NCBI GenBank assembly: GCA_028275775.1
Contig: JAPWTZ010000001.1
Span: 1-32,000, forward strand
Reading direction: 5' to 3'
Source: Candidatus Nanopusillus sp.
Lineage (GTDB): Archaea > Nanobdellota > Nanobdellia > Nanobdellales > Nanobdellaceae
DNA: 32,000 nucleotides
A program made the translations under genes and the position numbers. The notes beneath the pieces were generated by a model that was given only the letters and a program-made list of their open reading frames with translations, ran no database searches and was not told the DNA's origin. Positions 9,352 through 18,559 of the stretch are shown here, piece by piece (the first letter of the stretch is position 1; each line of letters starts with the position of its first letter).

Positions 9352-9853
9352 AAAAATAAAGAAACTAGTATTAAGAATATTTTTGGGAGATGATTATTTA
9401 AGTGACATATTATTTATAATATTTATATTTATTGTATATTTTATTATTCAAATTGTATATCCACCATTATTTTCAGTAATTGTATCTCCAAGCATGGAGC
9501 ATTATTATTTTAATTTCCAAAGATATGAACAATATAATATTACAAAACAAGAATTTTCTCAATTTCCATATCCAAATGGATTATATGTCGGAGATATAGT
9601 AATAATTTTACCAATTAATACAAAATATTTAAAAATTGGCGATGTAATTTTATATAAAGGAATATCTTTGTATAAAAATGAAGATATTTTTCATAGAATA
9701 GTTGGTTATAATAATAGTAATTTTATAATTATGGGTGACAATAATCCGGGACCAATAATATTTGAAGGAGAAAATAATATGGATCCAAGTAGAATTATTG
9801 GAATTGGGATATTAAGAATACCTTTACTTGGATATATTAAGCTTTTGATTTAA
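9344..9853 (+). CDS. Signal peptidase I, archaeal/Sec11 type (S26B)
   Basis: 169 aa. It has an N-terminal TM, the catalytic Ser box VSPSMEH, the His box IFHRIVGY and a GDNN box. Its start overlaps the tfs stop by 8 nt. Confidence 0.75.
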   Translation: MIEKIKKLVLRIFLGDDYLSDILFIIFIFIVYFIIQIVYPPLFSVIVSPSMEHYYFNFQRYEQYNITKQEFSQFPYPNGLYVGDIVIILPINTKYLKIGDVILYKGISLYKNEDIFHRIVGYNNSNFIIMGDNNPGPIIFEGENNMDPSRIIGIGILRIPLLGYIKLLI

Positions 9854-10924
9854 TTTTCTATATATTTCTTTTATCTCATAATATGAATCTTTCTTTGATA
9901 AATTTCTATTTAATATTCCAAATTTTGCATTATATCCAAAATCCCACTCATAATTATCCATCAAAGACCATATAAAGTATCCTTTTATGTTATACCTTTC
10001 TCTATTTTTTACAAAATAATGTAAATATCTTTTAATAATTCTAACTCTTAAAAATTCATCTTCAGTATTTACTCCATTCTCTGTTATAAATATAGGTTTA
10101 TCCAAGTTCTTTAAGATGTCATCTAATATAGATACACTAAAAGATGGTTTTCTCTCATCTATATCCTTTATATCTTTATATATACCATAATAGTTTATTC
10201 CATAGAAATCTATTTCTTTTGGAAAAATTAAATGAATATTTGAACTTATTATATCTTTTAATAAAAAGTTAAATGGCAATTTTAATAATGATAAACTTTC
10301 TGTATATATTAAATAAACATTAAATTCTTTTGTTATCTTATATAATTCTTTGTTTGCATAAAATATATTATCTAATATCGATATTGCGTTCTTTAAATCT
10401 TCTACTGAATTTACTTTTTTAAATGGAGGCCATTTACCAAAAACGTAAGAAGATAATATATATACCCATGGTTCATTAAATGATATAAAATACTTAACCC
10501 CCAATTTTGAAAATGTATCAATTATAAAATATGAATAATCAATAAAGTATTCTATATTTTCTTTATTTTCCCATCCTCCTAAATTATAAAACCATAAAGG
10601 ATTGACATAATGCCATAAAGTTATAAATGGTTCTATATTATTTTTTATTAATTTATCAGTAAATTCTACATATCTTTTCATACTATAATAATCTATCTTA
10701 TTTTTATTCTGATATATTCTAGCCCAATCTATTGAAAATCTAAAAGCATTTGCATTTAGATCAATTAATATTGGAATTATATCAAAATATCTCTCCCATA
10801 AATTACATGCATTATCTATTTCTGGTAACTTTCCTTTTTTAATAAAATAATACCAATCCTGATTATTATAATTTCCCTCTGTTTGAAATGATGATATTGA
10901 GAATCCTAAATAGAACTTATCCAT
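9824..10924 (-). CDS. Glycoside hydrolase family 1 (beta-glycosidase), unusually short
   Basis: 366 aa. Motifs SSFQTEG and RFSIDWARI are present. The acid/base motif FNEPW and the nucleophile motif ITENG are both intact. Confidence 0.8.
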   Translation of the reverse strand: MDKFYLGFSISSFQTEGNYNNQDWYYFIKKGKLPEIDNACNLWERYFDIIPILIDLNANAFRFSIDWARIYQNKNKIDYYSMKRYVEFTDKLIKNNIEPFITLWHYVNPLWFYNLGGWENKENIEYFIDYSYFIIDTFSKLGVKYFISFNEPWVYILSSYVFGKWPPFKKVNSVEDLKNAISILDNIFYANKELYKITKEFNVYLIYTESLSLLKLPFNFLLKDIISSNIHLIFPKEIDFYGINYYGIYKDIKDIDERKPSFSVSILDDILKNLDKPIFITENGVNTEDEFLRVRIIKRYLHYFVKNRERYNIKGYFIWSLMDNYEWDFGYNAKFGILNRNLSKKDSYYEIKEIYRKLNQKLNISK

Positions 10925-11801
10925 ATATCTTTAATAATTTATTTATACCATTATAAATTACTCTCTCATTATATCCACCTTCTAGTACATATATAATCTT
11001 ATTGAACTTTTTTAAATAATTAAAAACATATTCATATGACTTTAATGTAATATTAAATACTGATAAAGGATCTTTTTTATGCATATCAAATCCTAAAGAT
11101 ACTAATATAATTTCTGGATTTATTTCTTCAATTAAGGGAAATATTTTATTCTTTAATAAATTAATATAATAATTATCATCTATATTAAAATCTAATGGAA
11201 AATTAAAATAATTATTTCCGGATTCTAAACCAGTATTTGGATATATATTTTTTGCATGAGTAGATATATAATAGATATTTTTCTTATTTTCAATTATATC
11301 CTGAGTTCCATTTCCATGATGTAGATCTATGTCAAAAATTAATACATTTTTATATATTTTTCTTGCATACATTCCACCAATTGCAATATTGTTAAATATA
11401 CAAAATCCTAAAGTTTTATCATTATTTAAAGGATTTCTTGGAACATGATGACCTGGAGGTCTTGTAGGTACAAATATATATTTCTCATTTATTTCTATAC
11501 TTTCTAATACACCTTCAACGGATTTAAGGATTGAATAAAAGGATAAAGGAGATATATATGTATCAGAATCTAAATAAATAATTCTATTACTTTTATATGA
11601 ATTTTTCCAAATTCTTTTTATAATTCTAATATATTTCCAACTATGTGCATAATTTATATATCTGTATATATCTTTCCTTATCCTTCCTATTTTCTTATAA
11701 TTATTTTTTATTAATCTTTTTATTGCTAACAATCTTCTATTATTTTCTATATGATTTGGATCATTATGATATAATAAATATTTTGAATATAATATTAACA
11801 T
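10917..11801 (-). CDS. Histone deacetylase/acetoin-utilisation (HDAC, arginase-fold) family Zn-dependent deacetylase
   Basis: 294 aa. Motifs RPPGHH, DIDLHHGNGTQ, GFDMHKKDPL and EGGY mean all Zn-binding and catalytic motifs are present. Its stop overlaps the GH1 start by 8 nt. Confidence 0.85.
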   Translation of the reverse strand: MLILYSKYLLYHNDPNHIENNRRLLAIKRLIKNNYKKIGRIRKDIYRYINYAHSWKYIRIIKRIWKNSYKSNRIIYLDSDTYISPLSFYSILKSVEGVLESIEINEKYIFVPTRPPGHHVPRNPLNNDKTLGFCIFNNIAIGGMYARKIYKNVLIFDIDLHHGNGTQDIIENKKNIYYISTHAKNIYPNTGLESGNNYFNFPLDFNIDDNYYINLLKNKIFPLIEEINPEIILVSLGFDMHKKDPLSVFNITLKSYEYVFNYLKKFNKIIYVLEGGYNERVIYNGINKLLKIYG

Positions 11802-11834
11802 AACATTATAATAATTTCTTATAATAAAAATATT

Positions 11835-13157
11835 ATGTATAATTGTATATTGATTGGTATTGATGAAATATGGACAAAATCTGAAAAAGTAAAGAAAAAA
11901 ATGATAAATATATTAATAAATGATATTAAAAATAGGATAAATTTTGATAAAATAGAAAATAGAAGAGGTAGAATAATAATATGGGGTTATAAAGATGAGT
12001 GGATAAATATATTAAAAAATATTCCTGGAATAAAAAATATATATCCATCTATTTATTTTGAAACATCAATAGAAAATATAAAAAAACAATCTTTAGAATT
12101 TTTTAATAACTTTATTGGAAATATTAGTAGATTTAAAGTATCTACAAAAAGGGTTGATAAAAGCTTTCCCTATAAATCTATAGAAGTTAATAAAATTGTT
12201 GGAGAAGAAATTTTAAATAAATATAAATTAAAAGTTGATTTAAAAAATCCTGAAAAAATATTATATATTGAAATTCATAGAGATTATACATTTATTTATG
12301 ATAAAATAATTAATGGACCTGGAGGATTACCTGAAGGATCTGAAGGAAAAGGAATTTTATTATTTTCTGGTGGATCAGATTCTTCAGTAGCCTCATATAT
12401 TATTTCAAAAAGAGGATTAAAAATTGATTTTTTATTTATTAATATTGCGGGGGATATTTATTTACAATATGTATATAATGTATATAATAAATTAAGAGAG
12501 TATTTTCCAAATTCGAAATTATATGTATATAATTTAGATATAGGATATTTATTTAATGTAAGAGAAGGATATAGACAAATATTATTTAAAGTGATAATGT
12601 ATAAAATTGCAGAAAAGTTTGCAAAGAAAAATTATTATGATTGTATAGTTACCGGAGAATCTTTAGGACAGGTTTCTTCACAAACAATTGAATCATTAAA
12701 AGTATTAGATAATCTTGTAGATATTTTAGTATTAAGACCATTAATTGGATTTAATAAAAGTGAAATATTGGATTTATCAAGGAAAATTGGCATATATGAT
12801 ATAAGAGCACCTGAAATATGTAAAATCGAAAATCATCCAGTAACAAAACCAAAAATTGATATAGTAATTTCTGAACTAAATAAATTAAATATAGATTTTG
12901 ATAAAGAAATTGAAAAAATTAGGGAAATTAATAACATAAATATTGAAGAATTTAATTTAAAAATTCCGGATAAAAAAGATCTAATAATTGTTAGATCTGA
13001 AGAATTTTCTAAATATAATTTTGAAAAAGGTAAGAAATATTTATTAATATGTGAAAAGGGAATATTATCTAGATATTTTGCTAAGAGATTAAGAAATATG
13101 GGGATAGAAGCATATTATATGGATGAAAAAACTGCAAAAATATTGAAGTATATATAA
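11835..13157 (+). CDS. thiI: tRNA 4-thiouridine synthase ThiI (THUMP + PP-loop ATPase + C-terminal rhodanese-like domain)
   Basis: 440 aa. The PP-loop is LFSGGSDSSVASY, with TGESLGQVSSQT downstream. The C-terminal 70 aa carry a rhodanese-type loop, LLICEKGILSRYFAKRLRNMG. Confidence 0.85.
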   Translation: MYNCILIGIDEIWTKSEKVKKKMINILINDIKNRINFDKIENRRGRIIIWGYKDEWINILKNIPGIKNIYPSIYFETSIENIKKQSLEFFNNFIGNISRFKVSTKRVDKSFPYKSIEVNKIVGEEILNKYKLKVDLKNPEKILYIEIHRDYTFIYDKIINGPGGLPEGSEGKGILLFSGGSDSSVASYIISKRGLKIDFLFINIAGDIYLQYVYNVYNKLREYFPNSKLYVYNLDIGYLFNVREGYRQILFKVIMYKIAEKFAKKNYYDCIVTGESLGQVSSQTIESLKVLDNLVDILVLRPLIGFNKSEILDLSRKIGIYDIRAPEICKIENHPVTKPKIDIVISELNKLNIDFDKEIEKIREINNINIEEFNLKIPDKKDLIIVRSEEFSKYNFEKGKKYLLICEKGILSRYFAKRLRNMGIEAYYMDEKTAKILKYI

Positions 13158-13167
13158 CTCTGTTATC

Positions 13168-13175
13168 TTTATATA
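13168..13175 (+). promoter_or_regulatory. Putative archaeal TATA box for the GNAT-SDR(-MBL) gene string
   Basis: tttatata is centred about 28 nt upstream of the ATG at 13200. Confidence 0.3.
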
Positions 13176-13199
13176 CCTTTCCCTTAATATGTAATAATC

Positions 13200-14039
13200 A
13201 TGAGTATAAATGAATATATTAAAAGGGCTGATTATAATGATATAAAGAATATTGTAGAATTTATTAGAAGAAATATTGAAGAAAATAGGTTTTATTTCGA
13301 TTTTGAAGATGAAGGGAAAAATTCATATAAAATTTATGAAGAAAATTATGTAAAAAAATTATTAGACAAAGGAGATATTATTCTTTTATATATAGAAAAT
13401 GGTCAAATAGTTGGATTGTCTCATTGGACATCTATAAATGGAATATGGTATAATTTTTATACTGTTGTGGATAAAAATCACTCTAACAAAGGAATTGCCA
13501 AAAAACTTTATTATTATTTCTTAAAACAAGATATACCTGTAGCTGCAGATTTTGTTATATATTTGCCAACTTCAAGTAAAATATTTAAAATATGGGAAAA
13601 CCATGGGATAAAAATTTCTGGTTTTGCTTCATCTTTTATACATAAAGATAGTAAAAATAATTTATACACAACAATTATCGGATATAGATCAAAAGATAAA
13701 ATATTAAAATTAAAGATACCCAAATATTCTGAAAGGTTTATCAAAAATTTATGTATATTAAATAATCTAGATTGTAAAATTTATACATTTGAATATAAAA
13801 GAAATGAAAATAATGAGAAATATCCAAAATCAATATATACAACAAATATAGAAGAATATGAAGAAAAAGGATACTATTTAACTGGATTTTTATATAATAA
13901 TGGACAGATAATTTATGCATATTCTAGTAAAGTAGATAAAAATGTAAAAGAACCAATTGAAAAATTCTTTAATGATTTAGAAAGAGAGAATATGAAAAAA
14001 GCCATTTTAGAATATATTGATAATTTATTATCACTATGA
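13200..14039 (+). CDS. Hypothetical protein with an N-terminal GNAT-like acetyltransferase domain
   Basis: 279 aa. It has a GNAT-like N-terminus (IKRADYNDIKNIVEFI) and a motif-A-like segment (VVDKNHSNKGIAKKLYYYF). The C-terminal half is unassigned. An ATGA start/stop overlap joins it to the next gene. Confidence 0.45.
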   Translation: MSINEYIKRADYNDIKNIVEFIRRNIEENRFYFDFEDEGKNSYKIYEENYVKKLLDKGDIILLYIENGQIVGLSHWTSINGIWYNFYTVVDKNHSNKGIAKKLYYYFLKQDIPVAADFVIYLPTSSKIFKIWENHGIKISGFASSFIHKDSKNNLYTTIIGYRSKDKILKLKIPKYSERFIKNLCILNNLDCKIYTFEYKRNENNEKYPKSIYTTNIEEYEEKGYYLTGFLYNNGQIIYAYSSKVDKNVKEPIEKFFNDLERENMKKAILEYIDNLLSL

Positions 14040-14860
14040 AGCTTGATGAAATTATGATGAATGAAGAAAAGAAAGAAGTTATAATTTTATTAGGAGCTAC
14101 TGGTGGTGTTGGTAAATTATTAGCTGAAGAACTAAAAAAGAATGGATATATTGTTGTTGGAAATGGAAGAAAAGAAGATGTATTAATTAAAATGAAAAAT
14201 GAAGGAAAAATAGATGACTATGTAGTTGGAGATTTGACAAAGGATGAAGATAGAAAAAAGATAGTAGGAAAAATAAAAGAATATGTAAATAAAGGATATA
14301 AAGTAACAGTATTCTACAATATTGGAATTTTATATGATTATAGAGGAGATATATCAAAATATAACATAGAAGAAATAAGAAAAGCTTGGGAAACAAATGT
14401 AGAATCTATAATAGCAACAGATATTGAACTATTAAGGAATAATCTTATTTTAGATACTATATATATGGTGTCTATTTCTGCATATTATGTAGAGAAAGTG
14501 GATCCCATATATGAAATTACTAAAGCTGCTTTAGATAGATATGTAGCTAGGTTAAAATATGATGACGAAGTAAACAATAGAAAAAGAAGACTTATTGCAC
14601 TATCTCCAGATACTATAAAAACTGGAGAAGAAGGAATGGGAAGCAAATTAAAAGAATATCCAAAGATACCTGGAGAAATATTTGTAAAGAAGGTTGTTGA
14701 AATTATAAATGGAAAATATAAAGAATATTCTGGATTTATATTTGAGATAGGTGAAGATAATAGAATTAGACTATATGGAATGAATCCATCAAAAATTACA
14801 AATGCATTTGAATATCTTGAAAAGGAATTTATTGAAGAAATAGGAGAAGCTGTTTATTAA
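14036..14860 (+). CDS. Short-chain dehydrogenase/reductase (SDR) family NAD(P)-binding oxidoreductase
   Basis: 274 aa. The Rossmann motif is LLGATGGVGKLLAEEL and the catalytic YxxxK is YEITKAAL. Confidence 0.65.
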   Translation: MKLDEIMMNEEKKEVIILLGATGGVGKLLAEELKKNGYIVVGNGRKEDVLIKMKNEGKIDDYVVGDLTKDEDRKKIVGKIKEYVNKGYKVTVFYNIGILYDYRGDISKYNIEEIRKAWETNVESIIATDIELLRNNLILDTIYMVSISAYYVEKVDPIYEITKAALDRYVARLKYDDEVNNRKRRLIALSPDTIKTGEEGMGSKLKEYPKIPGEIFVKKVVEIINGKYKEYSGFIFEIGEDNRIRLYGMNPSKITNAFEYLEKEFIEEIGEAVY

Positions 14861-14881
14861 CTTTTTTATTAATATTTTTTA

Positions 14882-15748
14882 ATGATAATAATACCAGTTG
14901 CATATGATTCATTTTCAACAAGATCTATGGCAACAATTGTTAGAACTGATATTAAGATATTTATAGATCCATCTATTGCAATTGCTCCTTATAGATATAA
15001 TCTAAAACCTCATAGAATTGAATTAGAAGAATTAGAAAATAGGAAAAAAGAAATAATTGAACTATCAAAAGATATTGATTTAATAATTATTACACATTAT
15101 CATTGGGATCATTGCCCAAATCCAAAAGAAGAACATTTCAAGATATTGTATAATAAAAAGTTGATTATAAAGGATTTTAATAATTATATAAATAATTCTC
15201 AAAGAAAAAGGGGAAGAAGAGTATATGAAAAAATAAAAGATAAATCTGAAATAATTATTGGAGATAATAAATCATTTGAATTTAACAATACTTATATAGA
15301 AATATCTCCACCATTATTTCATGGAATAGAAAATTCAAACCTAGGTTATGTAATTGGTGCATATATTGAATACAAAAATAAATCTTTATTTTTTGGATCA
15401 GATATTCAAGGTATTCTAACAGATTCTACATTAAATTATATAATAGAAAAGAATCCAGATTACATTATATTGTCTGGTCCTCCTTTTTATCATAAAAAAT
15501 GGGACATTTCATATAATGAAATATTCTATAAAAATATTGAAAATTTGTTAGAAAACACAAAAGTTAGTAAAATAATAATTGACCATCATATGGCAAGATC
15601 TCTAAATTATATAGAAATCTTAAGAAATTTAAATGAAATTGGAAAAAATTATGGTACAGAGTTTTTATCTGCTGCAGATTATCTAAATATTAAGAATATA
15701 CAACTAGAAGCAAATAGAGAACTATTATATAAATATTATAATGAATAG
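14882..15748 (+). CDS. Metallo-beta-lactamase-fold protein (archaeal UPF0282-like)
   Basis: 288 aa. The HxHxDH motif is ITHYHWDH. The N-terminus (PVAYDSFSTRSMATIV...IDPSIAIAPYRYNLKPH) resembles the UPF0282 family as recalled from memory. Confidence 0.7.
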   Translation: MIIIPVAYDSFSTRSMATIVRTDIKIFIDPSIAIAPYRYNLKPHRIELEELENRKKEIIELSKDIDLIIITHYHWDHCPNPKEEHFKILYNKKLIIKDFNNYINNSQRKRGRRVYEKIKDKSEIIIGDNKSFEFNNTYIEISPPLFHGIENSNLGYVIGAYIEYKNKSLFFGSDIQGILTDSTLNYIIEKNPDYIILSGPPFYHKKWDISYNEIFYKNIENLLENTKVSKIIIDHHMARSLNYIEILRNLNEIGKNYGTEFLSAADYLNIKNIQLEANRELLYKYYNE

Positions 15749-15821
15749 CGCCGCCGGTGGGACTTGAACCCACGACCTGCCGGTTAACAGCCGGCTGCTC
15801 TACCAACTGAGCTACGGCGGC
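15749..15821 (-). tRNA. tRNA-Asn (anticodon GUU)
   Basis: The reverse complement folds as a canonical cloverleaf: GCCGCCG-TA-GCTC-AGTTGGTA-GAGC-A-GCCGG-CTGTTAA-CCGGC-AGGTC-GTGGG-TTCAAGT-CCCAC-CGGCGGC-G. It is 73 nt with no intron and no encoded CCA. It forms a GC-rich island in AT-rich DNA. Confidence 0.9.
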
Positions 15822-15856
15822 ATATATATAGATTACTTAATAAATTTTTAATAATC

Positions 15857-15865
15857 TTTTTATAT
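15857..15865 (+). promoter_or_regulatory. Putative archaeal TATA box for the 15887 ORF
   Basis: tttttatat is centred about 26 nt upstream of the ATG at 15887. Confidence 0.35.
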
Positions 15866-15886
15866 CTCACTTTCTATAAATAGTTT

Positions 15887-16351
15887 ATGGATATATTGGG
15901 TATGGGGTTAAAGTTATCTTTGGAAGAAGGTAAAGTAACAATAAAAAAAGAAAAAGAAAAGATGATATTGGAATATAATAATAAAACAATATCATCATCA
16001 AATTATAAAGATTATAAAAAGAATTGGCAAGCTACATTATTAATAAAAGATAATAAAATAAAATTAATGGAGAGTAATATTAATTTATATATATATAATT
16101 TTAATGATTTAAGTGATAAAAATAAAATTTATGGTCTAAATCAACTAATATATTTAGGATATTTATTAAAAAAATCTGAAGAATTTATATTAGAATATGA
16201 TAAATATTTATTATCCCCAACTGAAAAAATATCTATTGGAAATGGAAAAATTGGATCAGATTTTGATTCAAAATTAATAAATGAGGAAAAAATTGCTAGA
16301 GATATATTATATATTACAGATGGCCTTTTAATTATTAATAATATTATCTAA
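15887..16351 (+). CDS. Hypothetical protein
   Basis: 154-aa ORF with an ATG start and a TATA-like box about 26 nt upstream. No recognisable motifs. Its 3' end overlaps the convergent AGOG gene by 24 nt. Confidence 0.45.
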   Translation: MDILGMGLKLSLEEGKVTIKKEKEKMILEYNNKTISSSNYKDYKKNWQATLLIKDNKIKLMESNINLYIYNFNDLSDKNKIYGLNQLIYLGYLLKKSEEFILEYDKYLLSPTEKISIGNGKIGSDFDSKLINEEKIARDILYITDGLLIINNII

Positions 16352-17038
16352 ATAATTTTTTAATAATTTAATTTTATTTTTAAGCTCTTTATTTTTTATC
16401 CTTTCTATTTTATCATTATCCAATCCCATGGTAATCCATATTAATGAATCTATATGTAATAATGGTATATTTGTTTCTTTTGATAATTTTATCCAATAAT
16501 TTTTATCTTTGCTAATTTTTCCAATTCTATTATCTATTGGTATAAATATTTCAAATGGGAATATTATTTTATATCCAATAATCCTCAATCCATAACCATA
16601 AATTTTTGTTGAAAATACTATCGTCTTATCATAAATATTTTGTCCCATCACTTTTGCAATTTCCGAATTAAATTTAACTAAATCATCTTTATAAATTAAT
16701 AGATCTTTGTCTTTAATCCAATTATAAATTCTATTCAATCTTTTTATTTTTATTTCTTTATATCTTCTATTATATAAATCTATAAAAGATAAAAAATTGT
16801 TATATATATCATCATTATGCTTAGAAAAATATATAGAAAATATTTTCCAGAATTTTTCTCCTTTATATGATAATTGAAATGCTAATAAAGAATTTATTAC
16901 AATAAGCTTCAAAAATAAATCCTGATTTTTTATATTTTTATATAAAAATCTTAAATATTTATATTGTAAATCATAATTTTCTTCAAAATATAATATTTCT
17001 TCAATACTAAATTTAGATAAAATATCTACAAGATCCAT
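16328..17038 (-). CDS. Archaeal 8-oxoguanine DNA glycosylase/AP lyase (AGOG family)
   Basis: 236 aa. Blocks KLIVINSLLAFQLSYKGEKFWKIFSIYFS, KTIVFSTKIYGYGLRI, IPIDNRI and PLLHIDSLIW closely match Pyrococcus/Pyrobaculum AGOG blocks recalled from memory, including the candidate catalytic Lys and Asp. Confidence 0.8.
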   Translation of the reverse strand: MDLVDILSKFSIEEILYFEENYDLQYKYLRFLYKNIKNQDLFLKLIVINSLLAFQLSYKGEKFWKIFSIYFSKHNDDIYNNFLSFIDLYNRRYKEIKIKRLNRIYNWIKDKDLLIYKDDLVKFNSEIAKVMGQNIYDKTIVFSTKIYGYGLRIIGYKIIFPFEIFIPIDNRIGKISKDKNYWIKLSKETNIPLLHIDSLIWITMGLDNDKIERIKNKELKNKIKLLKNYLDNIINN

Positions 17039-17066
17039 TTATTAAAATTTTAAATAAAGTATATAA

Positions 17067-17339
17067 ATGGAAATAAATAAAGAGGAATTCTTTTATTATT
17101 TAGATAGAGAATATAAAAAATTGGAATTAATATTTAAGAATATAAAATTTTTAGATAATAGGTTTGAAGATTTCCTTATATCTTATTATAAAGATTTAAA
17201 ATATTTTTATGAGAAAAAAGATTTTGTAAAAGCATTTGAATTGGAAAATTATATTTGGGGAATTTTAGATACATTAATTAATTTAAGATTAATTGAAGTA
17301 CCCGAAGAATATAAAAAATGGTTTAAGTTATTTATTTAG
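17067..17339 (+). CDS. Small conserved archaeal protein (DUF357-like)
   Basis: 90 aa. The helical segment FVKAFELENYIWGILDTLINLRLIEVP resembles the DUF357 consensus. This is a weak call made by eye. Confidence 0.4.
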   Translation: MEINKEEFFYYLDREYKKLELIFKNIKFLDNRFEDFLISYYKDLKYFYEKKDFVKAFELENYIWGILDTLINLRLIEVPEEYKKWFKLFI

Positions 17340-18503
17340 ACTTTCATATATTCTAATTAGTTCATTTAGTTTTGCAATTCTTTCTCCATTTACAATTCCA
17401 AATTTTACAAATGGAACTTCAAATCCAACCGCCAAATGTGCTAATATATTACTTTCAGTCTCTCCAGATCTATGAGATAATATTGGTATAAGACCATTTT
17501 CTTTACAAAATTTTACAGCTTCATATGCTTTAACAATTGAACCTATTTGATTTGGTTTTATTATAACACCCTTAATTGATTTATATATTAAAGATTTCTT
17601 TATTCTTTCTATATTTGTTACAGTTAAATCATCTCCAACAATTAAACTCTTTGTACTATTATTTATTTCTGCAAATCCTTCAAAATCTTCTTCATATAAT
17701 GGATCTTCAACATAAAATAAATCATATGTATCTATAAGAAACTTTACATATTTTATTTGATCTTCTCTAGAAAATACTTTATTTTTATATCTATAAGAAC
17801 CATCTTTATATAATTGACTTGCAGCAAAATCAATTCCAAGATCAACTTTTATATTATAATCTACTTTAACTTCATCAAATACCATCTTTATTATATTAAA
17901 TACTGTTTCATCTTCAAGTGATGTTGTCCATGCACCCTCATCATTTCTTCCATATAAAAATTTATCATCCAACAATTCCAATCTTTTTCCCAATAATTTA
18001 TGTATATATGATGCAATAAAGATAGATAAAGGTAAATTATCTGTATCAGGAGAAACTAAAAATTCCTGAATATTTGTACTTCTACCTTTTGCATGTGCAC
18101 CACCACCAACAACATTTGCCAATATTCTTATATTTATTTTTGGATTTTTATTAAAAAATTGATAAATTGGTTTTCCTTCATAATTGGACCATGCCCTTAA
18201 TATAGCATATTCTGTAGCAATTAATGTATTACCCCCATATCTTTTTATTCCTCCAATTGATTCAAATTCATTTTCAAATTCTTTTAAATCATCTAAAGAT
18301 GCTATATCAAATGTTTTCAGAAAATCTACTAATTCATTATTAAATAATTCTGCAGCTTTTTTTGGATCTAAATATGTAACTTCTCCAGAACCTTTACTTG
18401 CTCCTTCAGGTGCAGCTTCTGAATAACCATTTATTTCAACTTCTAATGTGGGATCTCCTCTAGAATTTAAAACTACTCTTGCTTTTGCAGATTTAATTTC
18501 CAT
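17328..18503 (-). CDS. eno: Enolase (phosphopyruvate hydratase)
   Basis: 391 aa. Motifs SRGDPTLEVE, VGDDLTVTN, IKPNQIGS and SHRSGETE are present. It is somewhat shorter than typical enolases. Confidence 0.9.
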   Translation of the reverse strand: MEIKSAKARVVLNSRGDPTLEVEINGYSEAAPEGASKGSGEVTYLDPKKAAELFNNELVDFLKTFDIASLDDLKEFENEFESIGGIKRYGGNTLIATEYAILRAWSNYEGKPIYQFFNKNPKINIRILANVVGGGAHAKGRSTNIQEFLVSPDTDNLPLSIFIASYIHKLLGKRLELLDDKFLYGRNDEGAWTTSLEDETVFNIIKMVFDEVKVDYNIKVDLGIDFAASQLYKDGSYRYKNKVFSREDQIKYVKFLIDTYDLFYVEDPLYEEDFEGFAEINNSTKSLIVGDDLTVTNIERIKKSLIYKSIKGVIIKPNQIGSIVKAYEAVKFCKENGLIPILSHRSGETESNILAHLAVGFEVPFVKFGIVNGERIAKLNELIRIYESLNK

Positions 18504-18559
18504 AAATAAAAATATTTATAGAAGTCATTTATTCTTTTAATTAACTACTAAAAAGTAAA

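Noticed and set aside
14036-14070. TGATGA strings (gcttgatgaaattatgatgaatga) considered as a C box of a C/D-box sRNA.
   Set aside because: They lie in the start region of the SDR CDS. No matching D box (CUGA) or terminal-stem arrangement is evident at the right spacing. Intergenic spacers in the window are too short (at most 73 nt, all AT-rich) to host a structured sRNA.
15822-15886. Searched the intergenic spacers and the whole window for additional GC-rich islands: tRNA halves, 5S/SRP/RNase P RNA, split tRNA genes.
   Set aside because: Only the two complete tRNAs form GC-rich islands. Other short G/C runs (for example 1981-1990, 24520-24535, 27615-27630) are inside well-supported CDSs and do not fold into recognisable RNA motifs by eye.
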